This document shows positions 11,958-23,858 of a stretch of DNA of 33,266 nucleotides, in pieces. Made by a program: the position numbers and the translations under genes. The number at the start of each line of letters is the position of its first letter. Within the stretch, counting starts at the first letter, position 1. This stretch comes from Octopus bimaculoides (lineage: Eukaryota): positions 30,415,873 to 30,449,138 of the forward strand of contig NC_068989.1 of assembly GCF_001194135.2 (NCBI RefSeq). Reading direction: 5' to 3'. Under the pieces are notes generated by a model that was not told where the DNA came from, made no database searches, and saw only the letters and a program-made list of their open reading frames with translations.

Positions 11958-12160
11958 GTTGTTGTTGTTTACCCCAAGGTCAATTCTGATCAAACAGACT
12001 TATGTGCGAAAAGCTTTCTATAACAACTTTTGTTTTAAGTCTTTGTTTATCTAGAAGTATTTACGCAAAGTATCCTTCCCTTTTTGAGTTGGTATGGTGT
12101 GATTTGAGAGATTTGCCTGCTATTTCAAGCAAGTTGAACAACCACTGAAGAAGCTCCCTC
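11958..12160 (+). repeat. Dispersed repeat family D (SINE-like, GTTGTTTAGCCCCAGGTCA..GAGATTTGGCTGCTATTTC)
   Basis: Related copies at 26262-26455 (+), 31107-31290 (+), 31630-31808 (-) and a short piece at 16190-16230 (-). Confidence 0.6.
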
Positions 12161-12984
12161 CTTCTTTTTGAGGGACATATAAAATATATATTGGAAAGGT
12201 AGATGTATCAGGTGTAATTGGGAAGAAGTAGTGTGAAAATTGCTAGTTCAGGAGCAGAAGAGATACAGAGAATCACATATCTGTGAGTTAGTATTAGAAG
12301 TGTGTTAATGAGTGACACAGTTGAATGACTTTCCTTTGGATATAGCCAAAATTGTTTGTCTATAGCAACAGTACTAGGCTCATGAACAGTGTTTCAGTGT
12401 GCATTGTACTTGAACTTTGTGAAGGGTTGGAAACTACTAGGTTTTATATATTTCATTAAATATATAATTTGTATTAGATCTGCTTATCCTAGAGAACAGA
12501 TTCAGTCATATTGTTTTAAGACAGAAAAAAAAAGAGAATGTTGAATATGTCTTATAAATTAAAATATCAGTAATATTAATGCTCCAACCTTTCGTTTTTG
12601 TACATATGTACCTGTGGTGTGTGTCACACTTCAAAGAAAGAAGTGAGTGGCAAAACGGGAGAGAGGAGGACAAAGATAAAGTGAGAGAGAAAGAGAGAGA
12701 GTGACAGAGACAGTGAGTGGTGACAGTGTTCGTTTTGTGTTTTTAAATGTTTATTAGTATTTTCAGAGTAGACTGATACATAGATAGCAAGAAAAGTAGA
12801 TACATAGATACATACACACATTGTTAAATTAAAAGTGGGAGAGAGGAGGAACAGTAGATACATAGATCGAAAGTAAAATTGATACATAGATACATAGACA
12901 CAGTGTTAAATCAAAGACAACTACAGCAAATATTGGATGTCACTTTTCATTACCACACAAGGATAAAATTAACTCACAAGTGGC

Positions 12985-13110
12985 AGAGTACTCCACACAC
13001 ATGAATACCATTAACGTAGTTCTCAGAGAGATTCAACCTCACACAGAATATGACAAGGCTGGCCCCTTTGAATTATAGCTATGACTCATTTTGGCAAGCT
13101 GAGTGAACTG
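12985..13110 (-). mobile_element. SINE family B internal fragment
   Basis: GTAGTTCTCAG.GAGATTCA..ACAGAAT.TGACAAGGCTGGCCC.TTTGAATTA shared with the 10441-10745 copy. Confidence 0.8.
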
Positions 13111-13422
13111 GTTGGAAAAAAGTGGTTGGAAAAAAAATGAAAACAGATCCTATATAGGGGTAGGAAAATCTTTTTAGGCATTAGGGTCACTATAAGTGTT
13201 AATCCAGTGGCATTTGTGGGTCTCACAAATGTGGAGGCCCAACCACCAGATAAACACCAATGTGCAGGCTGTTGTTATCAAACTGAGCATGAATCGAGGG
13301 TGAAGTCACTACACAACGGAATAACAATCATTTCATCTTAGATTTCACTGCTTATACTAAATGCATGACGTTTTTGTCATACAATATGGAACATTTTCTT
13401 TCTTCCACTCTTTTTTAAAAAT

Positions 13423-13655
13423 GGCACTCTGTTGGTTACGATAAGGTAGTTCTCAGGGAGATTCAGTCTCATACAGAATGTAACAAGGCTGGCCCTTTTG
13501 AATTACTGCTACAACTCATTTTTGCCTGCTGAGTGGACTGCAGCAAGGTGAAGTAGAGTACCTTGCTCAAGAACACAGTGCGCCACCAGGAATCATGCTC
13601 ATGACTTTATGATCGTGGGCTGAATATCCCTAACCACTGAGCCAAACACCTTCAC
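13423..13655 (-). mobile_element. tRNA-derived SINE, family B
   Basis: Homologous to 10441-10745, with the tRNA-like head at the right end. Confidence 0.85.
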
Positions 13656-14165
13656 TCTCTTAACCGTAGGGAAAAGGAATGAAGCAATAGAGACAGAGAA
13701 AGGAAAGCACCTGTCATTTGAAATTTCAGTTGGACTGAAACATGATCGATCTTTTCTAGCTTCTTTACTTTTAACAATGAAGAAGAGGAAAAGACACTTA
13801 GTAATGAATAGAGGGAAAGTCTTTCAGGTGTTTACATTTTCATTCTGGGAGCTCTAGAAGGAGTGAGTGTCAGTTCTCTCTGCTTTCCCCCACCCCTGGT
13901 ACTTATTCACTTTCTTTGATAATTCCTCATGTCTTTTAGTTGGCGGAAAGACCATGTCTTTTTTCAGGAACGTTTAACATTTTCTCTACAAACTACAAAC
14001 AAGCTCCCCTCTTTTACTTTTTTTCATACAAAAACTAATGCAAATTTCAAACGAGGTACAGCTGTGAAAAGAGCCCACAAAAATAGGCAAAACCCCCTAC
14101 AAAATGGGTGGGGGAGAAAAGTTGCCAACAGGTGGCTACACGAAATTCAACTCTATACTTTAAAG

Positions 14166-14238
14166 AGTGTCTTCTATTATAGCCTTGTGAGTGGATTTGG
14201 TAGATGGAAACTGAAAGAAGCCTGTCATATGTATATAT

Positions 14239-14285
<47 letters not shown>
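14166..14285 (+). mobile_element. SINE family A fragment ending in (CA)/(TA)n
   Basis: AGTGTCTTCTATTATAGCC..TTGTGAGTGGATTTGGTAGATGGAAACTGAAAGAAGCC. Confidence 0.85.
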
Positions 14286-14286
<1 letters not shown>

Positions 14287-14346
14287 TGTAGGAATACATA
14301 AATCCGGTAGAGAAGCACACTCTAAGATGTAGATTAGTTTATATTA

Positions 14347-15054
14347 TAATGGGAAGGCCAGTTTATGGGGTTACCCTGGGTTTCTCGCTTATATGGGGTT
14401 TGTCCTTATGGCATATCTTCAAACCCCAAACATGCTGGCCTAAGATCTCTTCAAATATGGAGGGGGGAAATGCCTCACTATAAAGGTAAACAATAGGTGA
14501 TTAGCTCCTTCTACCATTGGTTATCAAGTTTCGGCCATGCCACCTTCTTGCAGTCACCAAAAAACCCCAAAGGTAAACATTTGTCTCACCTTGGCCTCAG
14601 TTATTGGGTTCTGGCTGTAATATTGCTTTACGGATTCCAAAAGGCCAGCAGTAATCTTCTAAAATGCAGACATGGTCCGAAAGTTTCCATCCTGGAGTTC
14701 AGGATGCTCCCTGCTATGAGAGAGCTTTTTAGGATTCTTGCGCATTTGGCAATGCATAACTTGCAATGTTTCATTCTGTTGCTGTAGGGGCCATGTGACT
14801 GAGTATGGTATTCCATCATCTCTTAATTGCCAGGCGTGGCTGGTCAGTGATGTTACATATGCGTGGTCGAAACTTGATAGCCACTGGCAAAGGGAGGTAA
14901 TCACCTATTGTTTACCTTTATAGTGAGACATTTTCCCCTACATATTTGAAGAAGTCTTAGGCTAGCGTGTTTGGGGTCTGAAGATTTGGCATGAGGACAA
15001 ACCCTTTATGAGTAAGAAACCCAGGGTAACCTCATAAATTGGCCTTCCCCACTG
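14347..15054. mobile_element. Non-autonomous Tc1/mariner-type element with about 194-bp TIRs
   Basis: Arms 14347-14540 and 14861-15054 are reverse complements (about 85% by eye). Terminus CAGTGGGGAAGG, TA at 14345-14346 and 15055-15056, 320-bp spacer with no recognisable transposase. Confidence 0.88.
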
Positions 15055-15087
15055 TAATTATATATATATATATATCCCACATTTATA

Positions 15088-15620
15088 GCGCAGGAGTGGC
15101 TGTGTGATAAGTAGCTTGCTTACCAACCACATGGTTCTGGGTTCATTCCCACTGCGTGACACCTTGGGCAAGTGTCTTCTACTATAGCCTCGGGCTGACC
15201 AAAGCCTTGTGAGTGGCTTTGGTAGATGGAAACTGAAAGAAGCCCATCGTATATATGTGTATATAAATATACATATATGTGTGTGTGTGTGTGTNNNNNN
15301 NNNNNNNNNNNNNNNNNNNNNNNNNNNNNNNNNNNNNNNNNNNNNNNNNNNNNNNNNNNNNNNNNNNNNNNNNNNNNNNNNNNNNNNNNNNNNNNNNNNN
15401 NNNNNNNNNNNNNNNNNNNNNNNNNNNNNNNNNNNNNNNNNNNNNNNNNNNNNNNNNNNNNNNNNNNNNNNNNNNNNNNNNNNNNNNNNNNNNNNNNNNN
15501 NNNNNNNNNNNNNNNNNNNNNNNNNNNNNNNNNNNNNNNNNNNNNNNNNNNNNNNNNNNNNNNNNNNNNNNNNNNNNNNNNNNNNNNNNNNNGACTGAAA
15601 CAAGTAAAAGAGTAAAGAGA

Positions 15621-15661
<41 letters not shown>

Positions 15662-15858
15662 TGTCTGTGTTTGTCCCCCCACTACCATCACTTGACAACT
15701 GATGTTGGTGTGGTTGCGTACCCGTAACTTAGCTATTTGGCAGAAGAGACTGATAGAATAAGCACCAGGCTTACAGGGAATAAGTTCAGGAGTCGATTTC
15801 TTTGACAAAAGGGCTGTGCTCCAGCATGGCCACCGTCAAGTAAAAAAATAAAAGAATA
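15088..15858 (+). mobile_element. SINE family A, composite (probably a younger copy nested in the TG tract of another), spanning a gap
   Basis: tRNA-like head at 15088, SINE 3' terminus GACTGAAACAAGTAAAAGAG at 15593, then (TG)n and a second 3' half to 15858. Confidence 0.85.
15295..15592. other. Assembly gap (298 N)
   Basis: N run. Confidence 0.99.
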
Positions 15859-15954
15859 CCAAATGAACGTTCCGTACCACTAAACCATGAAGGTTCTTTG
15901 AATATGTACAATGTATTTTAAGGCTAAATAGTAATTCTGTCTATGTTAGAATCC

Positions 15955-16571
15955 GGAGAAAAGCCCCCTAGGACAAAGCCCCCTGGACAAAAGCCCCATA
16001 ATTAAAATGTGAAAGTGGACAAAAGCCCCTTGGACAAAAGCCCCATGGTTATATTTTTCAGCTACTTTTTGTTTTTTCACCTTTTACTGGTTTGTCATTA
16101 GGCTGTGGCCATACTGGGGCACCACCATGAGGAATTTTTAGTTGAATGTATTGACCCCAGAATTTTTTTTAATGATTTTCAACCAGCGCATGAAGTTAAG
16201 CCTGGAAGGTCTCTCCACATGCTAGAAATAACAGCCTAAAAGAATTTTTAGTCACAGAAACATCAGCATTTTAAAATTTAAATTTGAAGTCTTTTGTTTT
16301 CTTCTCTTAGCACTCACAGATTAATGAGAATGAGCTGACCTTTTGAACTTGCTCTAACTGTTGAAGGTCTAATAACTGGAACAAATAAAAATGAAAAACC
16401 TTATGGGGTCGATACATTCAACAAAAAATTCTTCAAGGCAGTGCCCCAGCATTGCCACAGCCTAATTAATGACTAAAACAAGTAAAAGGTGAATAAAACA
16501 AAAATAACCAAAAAATATAACCATGGGGCTTTTGTGCACTTTCACACTTTAACTATGGGGCTTTTGTCCTA
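15955..16571. mobile_element. Foldback/MITE with GGACAAAAGCCCC subterminal repeats and SINE 3' ends inside both arms
   Basis: Five motif copies on the left (15955, 15971, 15985, 16017, 16032) and two inverted on the right (16525, 16557). Arms 15984-16160 and 16404-16571 align continuously. Confidence 0.82.
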
Positions 16572-17029
16572 CACTTGTTTACGTTTGCATAACTGAGATA
16601 TTTTGGTTGGATTATATAGTTATCGGTTTTACACTTCTTTCTATATTCTGTAACCGTCACAATATAGAAACATTTCTCATGGCACCAGCACACAATTTAC
16701 AGATGCTTACAATTTTTGAAGGGTCCAGCTAGTATATATAAGTATATAAATATGTTTTATAAATTAAAATCAAGAATCAAAGAGGAATTTGTGCTGTTTT
16801 GATTTTGCTGTCATCTGTCTTTCTCTGTTTACATTTTCTTCTAAATAAACAGTATTTCCAAGGAGACTCATCAGAATATGAGGAGTCTCATCAGAAGAAG
16901 TATTAAACCACATTTCTGTAAGATGTATATTATGCAGACCTAGCTTAGATGAATTATAACTGTATATAAAGTTTGGGGGATTGATGGTATAAAACACCTT
17001 CAAGAATAATAATTAAATGTAATTCAAAT

Positions 17030-17235
17030 TTTGACACAAGGCCAGCAATTTTAAGGAAATGGGCAAGTTGATTATATCGACCCTAGTGCTCAAATTGTAC
17101 TTATTTTATCAACCCCAAAAGGATGAAAGGCGATGTTGACTTTGGCAGAATTTGAACTCAGAATGTAGAGAGCCAGAAGAAAGGTTACTAAGCATATTGT
17201 GCTATGCACTAATTATTCTGCCAGCTCACCACCTT
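17030..17235 (-). mobile_element. tRNA-derived SINE, family C
   Basis: TTATTTTATCAACCCCAAAAGGATGAAAGGC..GAATTTGAACTCAGAA..TCTGCCAGCTCACC (head GGCGAGCTGGCAGA on the minus strand). Confidence 0.8.
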
Positions 17236-17599
17236 AATATTAAGCAAATATTTATTTGAAAAGAAAAAAAGGACAGTATTTGAAGTGAGTGTGATGTAGT
17301 ACCACATTAGACTGAACCATGACATATATAGGGACTTAGGTTTATTGAGCAAAGTTTCAATTATAATAAAACTAGACAATAAAACTTATATAGGACAAAG
17401 GAAGCATTCAGTAAAAACAGAGTACCATTAGCTGAAAAGTCCCACACCTTTAGATCTTATATGAAATCAGATTCCAATAGTATATACAAAAGTAAAAATC
17501 TTCACTTCTTACTGCCTTGTCCAGGCTATTTTAGAGTAATAAATAAATAGAATAAAATAAGTAAGCCAAATAAAACAGTAGTTTAGAACAACAATAACG

Positions 17600-17960
17600 T
17601 TAGATATTGGAGTTTACAATTGTTACCTTATGTTAGAGATCATTCAGGATAGTAGGAGTTTGGCACTTTGATAGAAGAGCTAACCAGTAAGTAAAATTAT
17701 ATTTGACTCTGTATAGTGTTGTAAGGGTTGTTTGAATTTATGAAGGCAAGGTAGAGCAAGTGTGAAGTGGGTTGGAGAATGTCATTTGAAATAGTTGGTG
17801 CTAATGTAGGACAAGCTGAGTGAGAGGTGTATAGATCAGAATGTGCATGATGACAAAGGAACAGTTGAAAGAGAATGGGTGAGGCATGGCTGTAATAGAT
17901 GATGGATTACAAGAGCAATTAAACAAGGTAGTCAATGAGTGCAAATACAAACATTAATAC
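17600..17960 (-). mobile_element. Highly decayed CR1-like LINE 3' end
   Basis: Minus-strand remnants LIDY..FQLFLCHH..HFTLALP..HYTES parallel the CR1 C-terminal motifs seen at 24000-24250. Confidence 0.5.
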
Positions 17961-18597
17961 TCATTTTATCAAAATTTAATGTTGAATGAAGACATACTGG
18001 ATCATACTGGAAGGATTGGCAGAAGTGAAATAGTCCAGTAGATTCAATGTGAACCTTCATATTATGAATACTTGATAATTGCACCTGTATTCAATTGCAC
18101 TTATTTTATTGTGTTATTGAACAAAGCAGTTGGCTTTATTTATTTTAGAGAATATCTAATTGATGGTATGTACAAGTAACTGAAATAATTGGACAGCCAA
18201 TCTATGTGGTTGTTAGCTTTCATGTGGTTGCTAGCACTGTCTTGTGTCTGTGGACCAACCATAACTCTGGTCCACTCCCTATGGATAAATGTTACTAAGT
18301 AGAACAACTTAGTGCTGTAAGCAGTGGTAGTATAAAATTGTCAAGTGTCTAACATGCAGTGTCAAGTTCAACTTCTACTTAGAGAATGATGGACTCTCCC
18401 AAGGTGACATGTCCTGGACACATATATGTATGATGATAAATTCTTCAACAGTGGTGTCCCTAATACCCAATCAGTGACAGAGCTCAACACCATCACCTAT
18501 CAGGAAAATTTTTTCCAATACTTCTTTTAAATTACTCTGAAACAAACTAGCAATTTACTCCAGTTGATACTTTTCCTTTATTGTTTTTCATGAATTA

Positions 18598-20947
18598 CAG
18601 ATCGTTGTCGACTTAAGACCACAATTGGTTCTGACTGACTGGTTGTAAGTCGATTTAGTCATAAGTTGGCTTATAGGCCTACGTAGCTTTGTTTTATATT
18701 TTTACATTCTTAAGGTATATTCTCAGGTAAAAGTCACATACAGCATTCTGTATTATACTACAACAGTGTTATTTGTTCAAAGGAAAGTACCAAAGAATGC
18801 AAATACAAGAAATACACAATGTAGTGTAAGAAACAGTTGCAAAACTTACATAAAAATTTATTGTAGACTGGTGCTTGGTTGTGGATCTTTGATGTTGTTT
18901 ACTGAGGCAACAGTTGTAGAAGCCAGAGTTGGTTTTCTGATAAACATGGTAAGCTTTGTCTGAATTGTTTGTTTCTTTTTCTCTTCATAAATTTCACGGT
19001 ACGGACAAAACACATTGTGTGCCATCCATTCAATCGTTCAATGATTGGGTCCATTGCTTCAAAGTGTGCAAGAGGTTTATTCAGTTGAAATAAACCTTCT
19101 GATAATCCTTTTGCAGTGTAACTCCTTTCTGGCACCTCCTCTTCTTTCTTCACTTCCATCCTTCCTTCTTCCACAGTTTCTTTTTCAAATTCAATAAGCC
19201 CTTCATTTGTAAGTTCTTCAGATTCTTGGTGAAGCAAATCTTTGATATCTTCCACTTCAAAGAAAGGTCTTTAGCCAGTTTTACTATTTTCCCACAAAAC
19301 ATCTTAAGTTCATGTTCATTGTTAAATCCATCAAGAGTGTCATCAAAGTGTTTTCCAACACAATTTTTCCTGATGCCTTTCATGAATTTCTTTGTCACAG
19401 CCTCCCAAGTGGTAGTGGTATTCTTGATACATGTCAGGATATTGTACTTTTTCCAAAATTTTTGAAGTGATAGCTCTTTGGTCAGAGGCTATGGCTTGAG
19501 TGATGGTAGTTCAAAGATAGTTAGCCTTCAGTGTAGCGATCGAACCTTGATCCATTAGCTGGATGAGTGGAGTCATGTCCGATGGGAAAAACACCACTTT
19601 CTCGTTGGGATGAAAATCCGATAGATGAGATGGATGTCCAGGCACATTATCCAGAAGCAATACAGTCTTGAAAGGAATTCCTCACTCCAAACAATACCCA
19701 TGAACCTGAGGAATAAAACAATTCAGAAACTGGTCTTCAAACAGTCCTTGTGTCATCCATGCTTTAGGATGAGAACAAAAGTAGATGGATAATATGTGCT
19801 TACCTACATTCTTGAACACATGCAGGTTTTCTGAGTGGTAAATTAAGAAAGGTTTCAGCTCAAACCCTACAATGTTCCTGCCAAGCAGCAGAATCAATCT
19901 GTCCTTCAATGCTTTAAATCCAGGCATGCATTTGGCTTCTTTGTTGATGTAAGTGCATACTGGCATGCATTTCCAAAACACCTGTTTCATCCACGTTAAA
20001 AATCTGCTCTGCAAGATAGCCTTCATCCATAATTATTTCATTCAAATAGCTAACAAACTTACCAACTGCTTCCTCATCTGCACTCACTGCTTCTCCAGTC
20101 ACTGAAACATTATGAACTTGGAATCTTTCTTTAAATCTTTTGAACCAGCCAGTATTTGCTAAAAATTCTTGACTCTACTTTTCTCTGGAACACATCTTTA
20201 GAGCCTGAAACACACTTCAGGCCTTCGACTGCAGAATTAAATGACTTAATGGTGCCTGTTTTTGGATCTGATCTTCAACCCAAATTCATAGCAATTTTTC
20301 CATTTTATGGATGGGCCCAGTCCACTGTTTTGCTATAACTGTAGATTGCATGGATGCTGAACTTTTCACAGCTTCACAAATCCTTTCTTTATCCTTCAAA
20401 ATTGTTGAAACAGTAGAGTGTAATAACTTCACTTCATGTGCGATCTCATTCACTTTCTTTCCTCCTTCATACTATCTAATCCCCATCATTTCTGTGTTGA
20501 GGTCAATGGCTGTTCTTTACTTCTTGGCAGTTTGAGGAGCAGATGAAGACAACTTCCACTTTGCAGACATTTTAGGGGATATTTAAAAAAAAATATGAAA
20601 GACAAGACATACAGAGTCACCGGAAGAGTTGTGCTCTATAGAGTCTGACATTAGTCAAAAATTTCAGAGTCTCAAGCAGTAATCTTATAAACAAATACAA
20701 GGTTGCCTCAATATCTTCATGACAAGATATTCATCCAACACTTGAGATAACAACAGTGGCAATCGATAACCAAACCTAAGGTAAGCATTTCTTAGCTGAC
20801 GTCATCTGTAGACAGGTTAATTTCTAAGAAATTAAGCCTATTAAATTTCAACTGGACTATTTATTATTACTGCTGGGAACTGGCGTGCCAATCATCATAA
20901 AGTCGACTGGTTGTATGTTGGATAGGCCATAAGTCAATGACGACCTG
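18598..20947 (-). mobile_element. Full-length pogo/Tigger-like DNA transposon (2350 bp), decayed
   Basis: TIRs CAGATCGTTGTCGACTTAAGACC and (reverse complement) CAGGTCGTCATTGACTTATGGCC, TA on both sides (18596-18597, 20948-20949). Confidence 0.95.
18930..20570 (-). pseudogene. Tigger/TIGD-type transposase pseudogene (HTH-psq/CENP-B and DD32D)
   Basis: ATG at 20570. HSTVSTILKDKE, MEKLL*IWVEDQ, QIFNVDETG, LLLDNVPGHP-(32 aa)-MDQG, acidic C-terminus. Several stops and frameshifts. Confidence 0.92.
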
Positions 20948-22229
20948 TATAATGATTAAGTTTATGAAGTGTCAACCAGTCAGCGGATGAGCTATGAACT
21001 GTATCTAGTCAAGGATATTGCACTTAATGTATTTATTCTGATAAATGCAACTTATATTTTTCTTCACTTTCCCAACAGAATAGCAGGCTAATGACTGTAT
21101 GTGGTAGACAAGCAATCAGTTAGATAACCAATAACTAGAATATAACTGGTGGTGTCAAAATATAACAACACAATTGCTAACACATAATCATTTAATTTTG
21201 CATACACTCAAGTAATTTCTTCAGCATAAACGTTATAGAGTGAGATGACTCCTGGGAACCAAGTCTACTTATAATCCCTGGATGAAGCTATTTCACGGTT
21301 TATAAATTGCTAATGACTTCCATATAAAATTCTGATAAAATTGGTTTGATTATAAATATGACAGCAATTGGCTGGTCAATTGAGTCAGAAGAATATATTT
21401 TGAACCAGGTTGAAATTATTCTAAATAACTGCCTTTGTTCAGGATTATTTATAAGATTTCCAATTCTTTTACTACACTTCTAAAGAAGCTAGTATTAAAT
21501 TTACAAAATACCCTTCAAATCTATAACTTAAAACTTTAAAAAAAATTTTAGAATTATATATCAATAATTTCCTTGTAATAAAAACCATTAAATTCCCTCA
21601 AGAGCATATATAAAGCATTAATAAAAGATTTATTACTCACTAAATACCAATACTAGATAAAAAAAAATATAAAGTTATGAAAATACTGTCATCTAAAATC
21701 TTCCAAACATTCATGGTTCTGCCAATATTTACAAAAGCCTTCACTCCAATCATCAGTTAGTATTTACTACCTCCAAGCATTCTACCATATGAAGTGATTT
21801 CAGATATCATCCATTCCAAATGATAAAATTTTTATTTTAGTGGCAAACCAAGACAATTAGAAATGATCAAAAACCTTTCTTCAGCAATGTAAATATTAAT
21901 TTGTTTCTTAATAATTTTTAGTCAGGATGTAGTGAAAAGAAGTACTGAAAGTAGCCTTCTGAGATTTAAATTAACACAAGTTAATAATGGGAGAGTCAAC
22001 ATGAGAAGTAAGGGAGTTGCAAAGGGAAGCAGTTTTGAAGAGGATTTATTTTTTTATTCATTTATTTCATGTTATGTCATAATTTATGAAGAGTAGCCTT
22101 ATTGTTACATGTTTCCAATTAGTCACTAGTTCACTGCAATTCAGATAGTGAGAAGGGCCAGAGAATATCTGTAAGTCAGTGGATGTCATTTGAAGAGCTG
22201 ATAAGCAATAAAAAATATAAACACATACG

Positions 22230-22913
22230 CACAAATCTTAAAAGGTAACAGAGATAGCCCATTAACAATGATGTTTTCTAACACCTTGGATTTCTCTCAT
22301 CCCTTAATGATCACCAGTATGATTTCAGTTACACCAGATCCATTGAAGACCTATTTTCCTGTGTTATTTGCCCAGAGAAAGTTGGTGAAGTTCCTTTCAT
22401 CTCTCATCTCTTGGATCAGTAGCTTATTAGATCACACTGTTGCAGTACATGCTGATAAAGATCTTTTTGTTTCACACTATCAATCTTTGTGTGTCCCCAA
22501 TATTTGGTTTTGATCCCCACTCACTTATTTCAATACACCAATAACCTATTTGCCATCATCTCCAGTAATGCTCAGTCTTACACAGATGATACTCTTCATT
22601 TTCCCAAAAACCTTCCACAACAAATTATCATCCATCTCCAGCTTACATATCATACTCCAAATCTGCAGTGATTCCATAAACAGAGATCTTAAAAGCATCC
22701 GCCATTGGAAACATCAATCTTGACACAAGCACTCTTCATGACACAAAAATATCAGCAAACTTCACTCCACTTAAAACATCTACTGTACACAAGTACTTTT
22801 ATGATAGACTTCACAATCACCAAGAAATTTCCACTGCAAAAGGCCTTAACATAGCTAGAACAGCATCTTGAAGACTAATTTGTTTCTTCAGAGCCAGAAA
22901 ATATTCTAGCCCC
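22230..22913 (+). mobile_element. CR1-like LINE RT fragment, left part
   Basis: LISWISSLL.HTVAV, NNLFAIISSNAQSYTDDTL (YADD-like), INRDLKSIRHW, IARTAS*RLICFFRARKYSSP. Confidence 0.8.
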
Positions 22914-23858
22914 GAAAATAAGATTAGGCTGGGCAAAGTTCAGACAGCTCCTACACCTGCTAGCAACAAAGGGCCTCTCTCTCAGTGTGAAAGGCAGATT
23001 GTTTGATGCCTGTGTACAAACAGCTACACTGCATGGCAGTGAAACATGGGCTATAACAGCTGAGGACATGTGTAGGCTTGAGAGAAATGAAGCCAGTATG
23101 CTTCACTGGATGTGCAATGTTAGTGTGCAGAGTGTAAGCATCTTGAGAGAAAAGTTAGGCATAAGAGGAATCAGATGTGATGTGCAAGAAAGTCGACTGT
23201 GCAGGTATAGTCATGTGATGCATATGGACAAGGACAGTTGTATAAAGAAGTGCTGATCTCTAACTGTGGGGGGGGGGGACCTGTGGTAGAGGTAGACCCA
23301 AAAAGACATTAGGACAAGGTAGTGAAGCATGACCTTCAAACTTTGAACCTCACGGATGCAATGACTAGTGACCAAGACCTTTGGCGATGTGCTGTGCTTT
23401 AGAGGACCCATCAAGCCAAGTGCACCCACGCAGGTGGAACATATAAAATCAACCTCTGAACGTTGGGCCTCATGGAAGTGAAATAGCTGAGTTCATTTCA
23501 AGCATTGGGCCTCATGGAGGCATAGTAGCTGAGTTCCTTTCGAGCATTGGGCCTCATGGAGACAATGATCAAGACCTTTGGCATTATGTCATGCTTGAGA
23601 AGAAGACCCATCAAGCCAAGCAAAATCACAGCTATGGCAGATACCGGTGTCATGCAAATGGCACCAGTGCCAGCGGCACGTAAAAGCACCCATTACACTC
23701 TTGGAGTGGTTGGCATTAGGAAGGGCATCCAGCCATAGAAAACCATGCCAAATCAGCCTAGAGTCTGGCACAGCCTTCTAGCATGCCAACCCAGTCAAAC
23801 CATCCAACCCATGCCAGCATGAACAATGGACATTAAATGATGATGATGATGATGATGA
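22914..23858 (+). mobile_element. 5'-truncated RTE LINE with 3' UTR and (GAT)n tail, inserted into the CR1
   Basis: IRLGWAKFRQLLHLLATKGLSLSVKGRLFDACVQTATLHGSETWA. 42-bp tandem repeat at 23463-23560; (GAT)n at 23839-23858. Confidence 0.93.

Noticed and set aside
15088-15170. tRNA gene-like A and B boxes
   Set aside because: These are SINE heads continuous with the SINE body; no cloverleaf with acceptor stem is supported.
15058-15808. Long ORFs of 129-208 aa in the ORF track
   Set aside because: Produced by translating through N runs and microsatellites; the 11519-11826 ORFs have the same cause.
16850-16900. Two CTGATGA motifs on the minus strand with a GAGACTC/GAGTCTC stem
   Set aside because: GAAA does not follow stem II directly and stems I and III are absent, so this is not a hammerhead.
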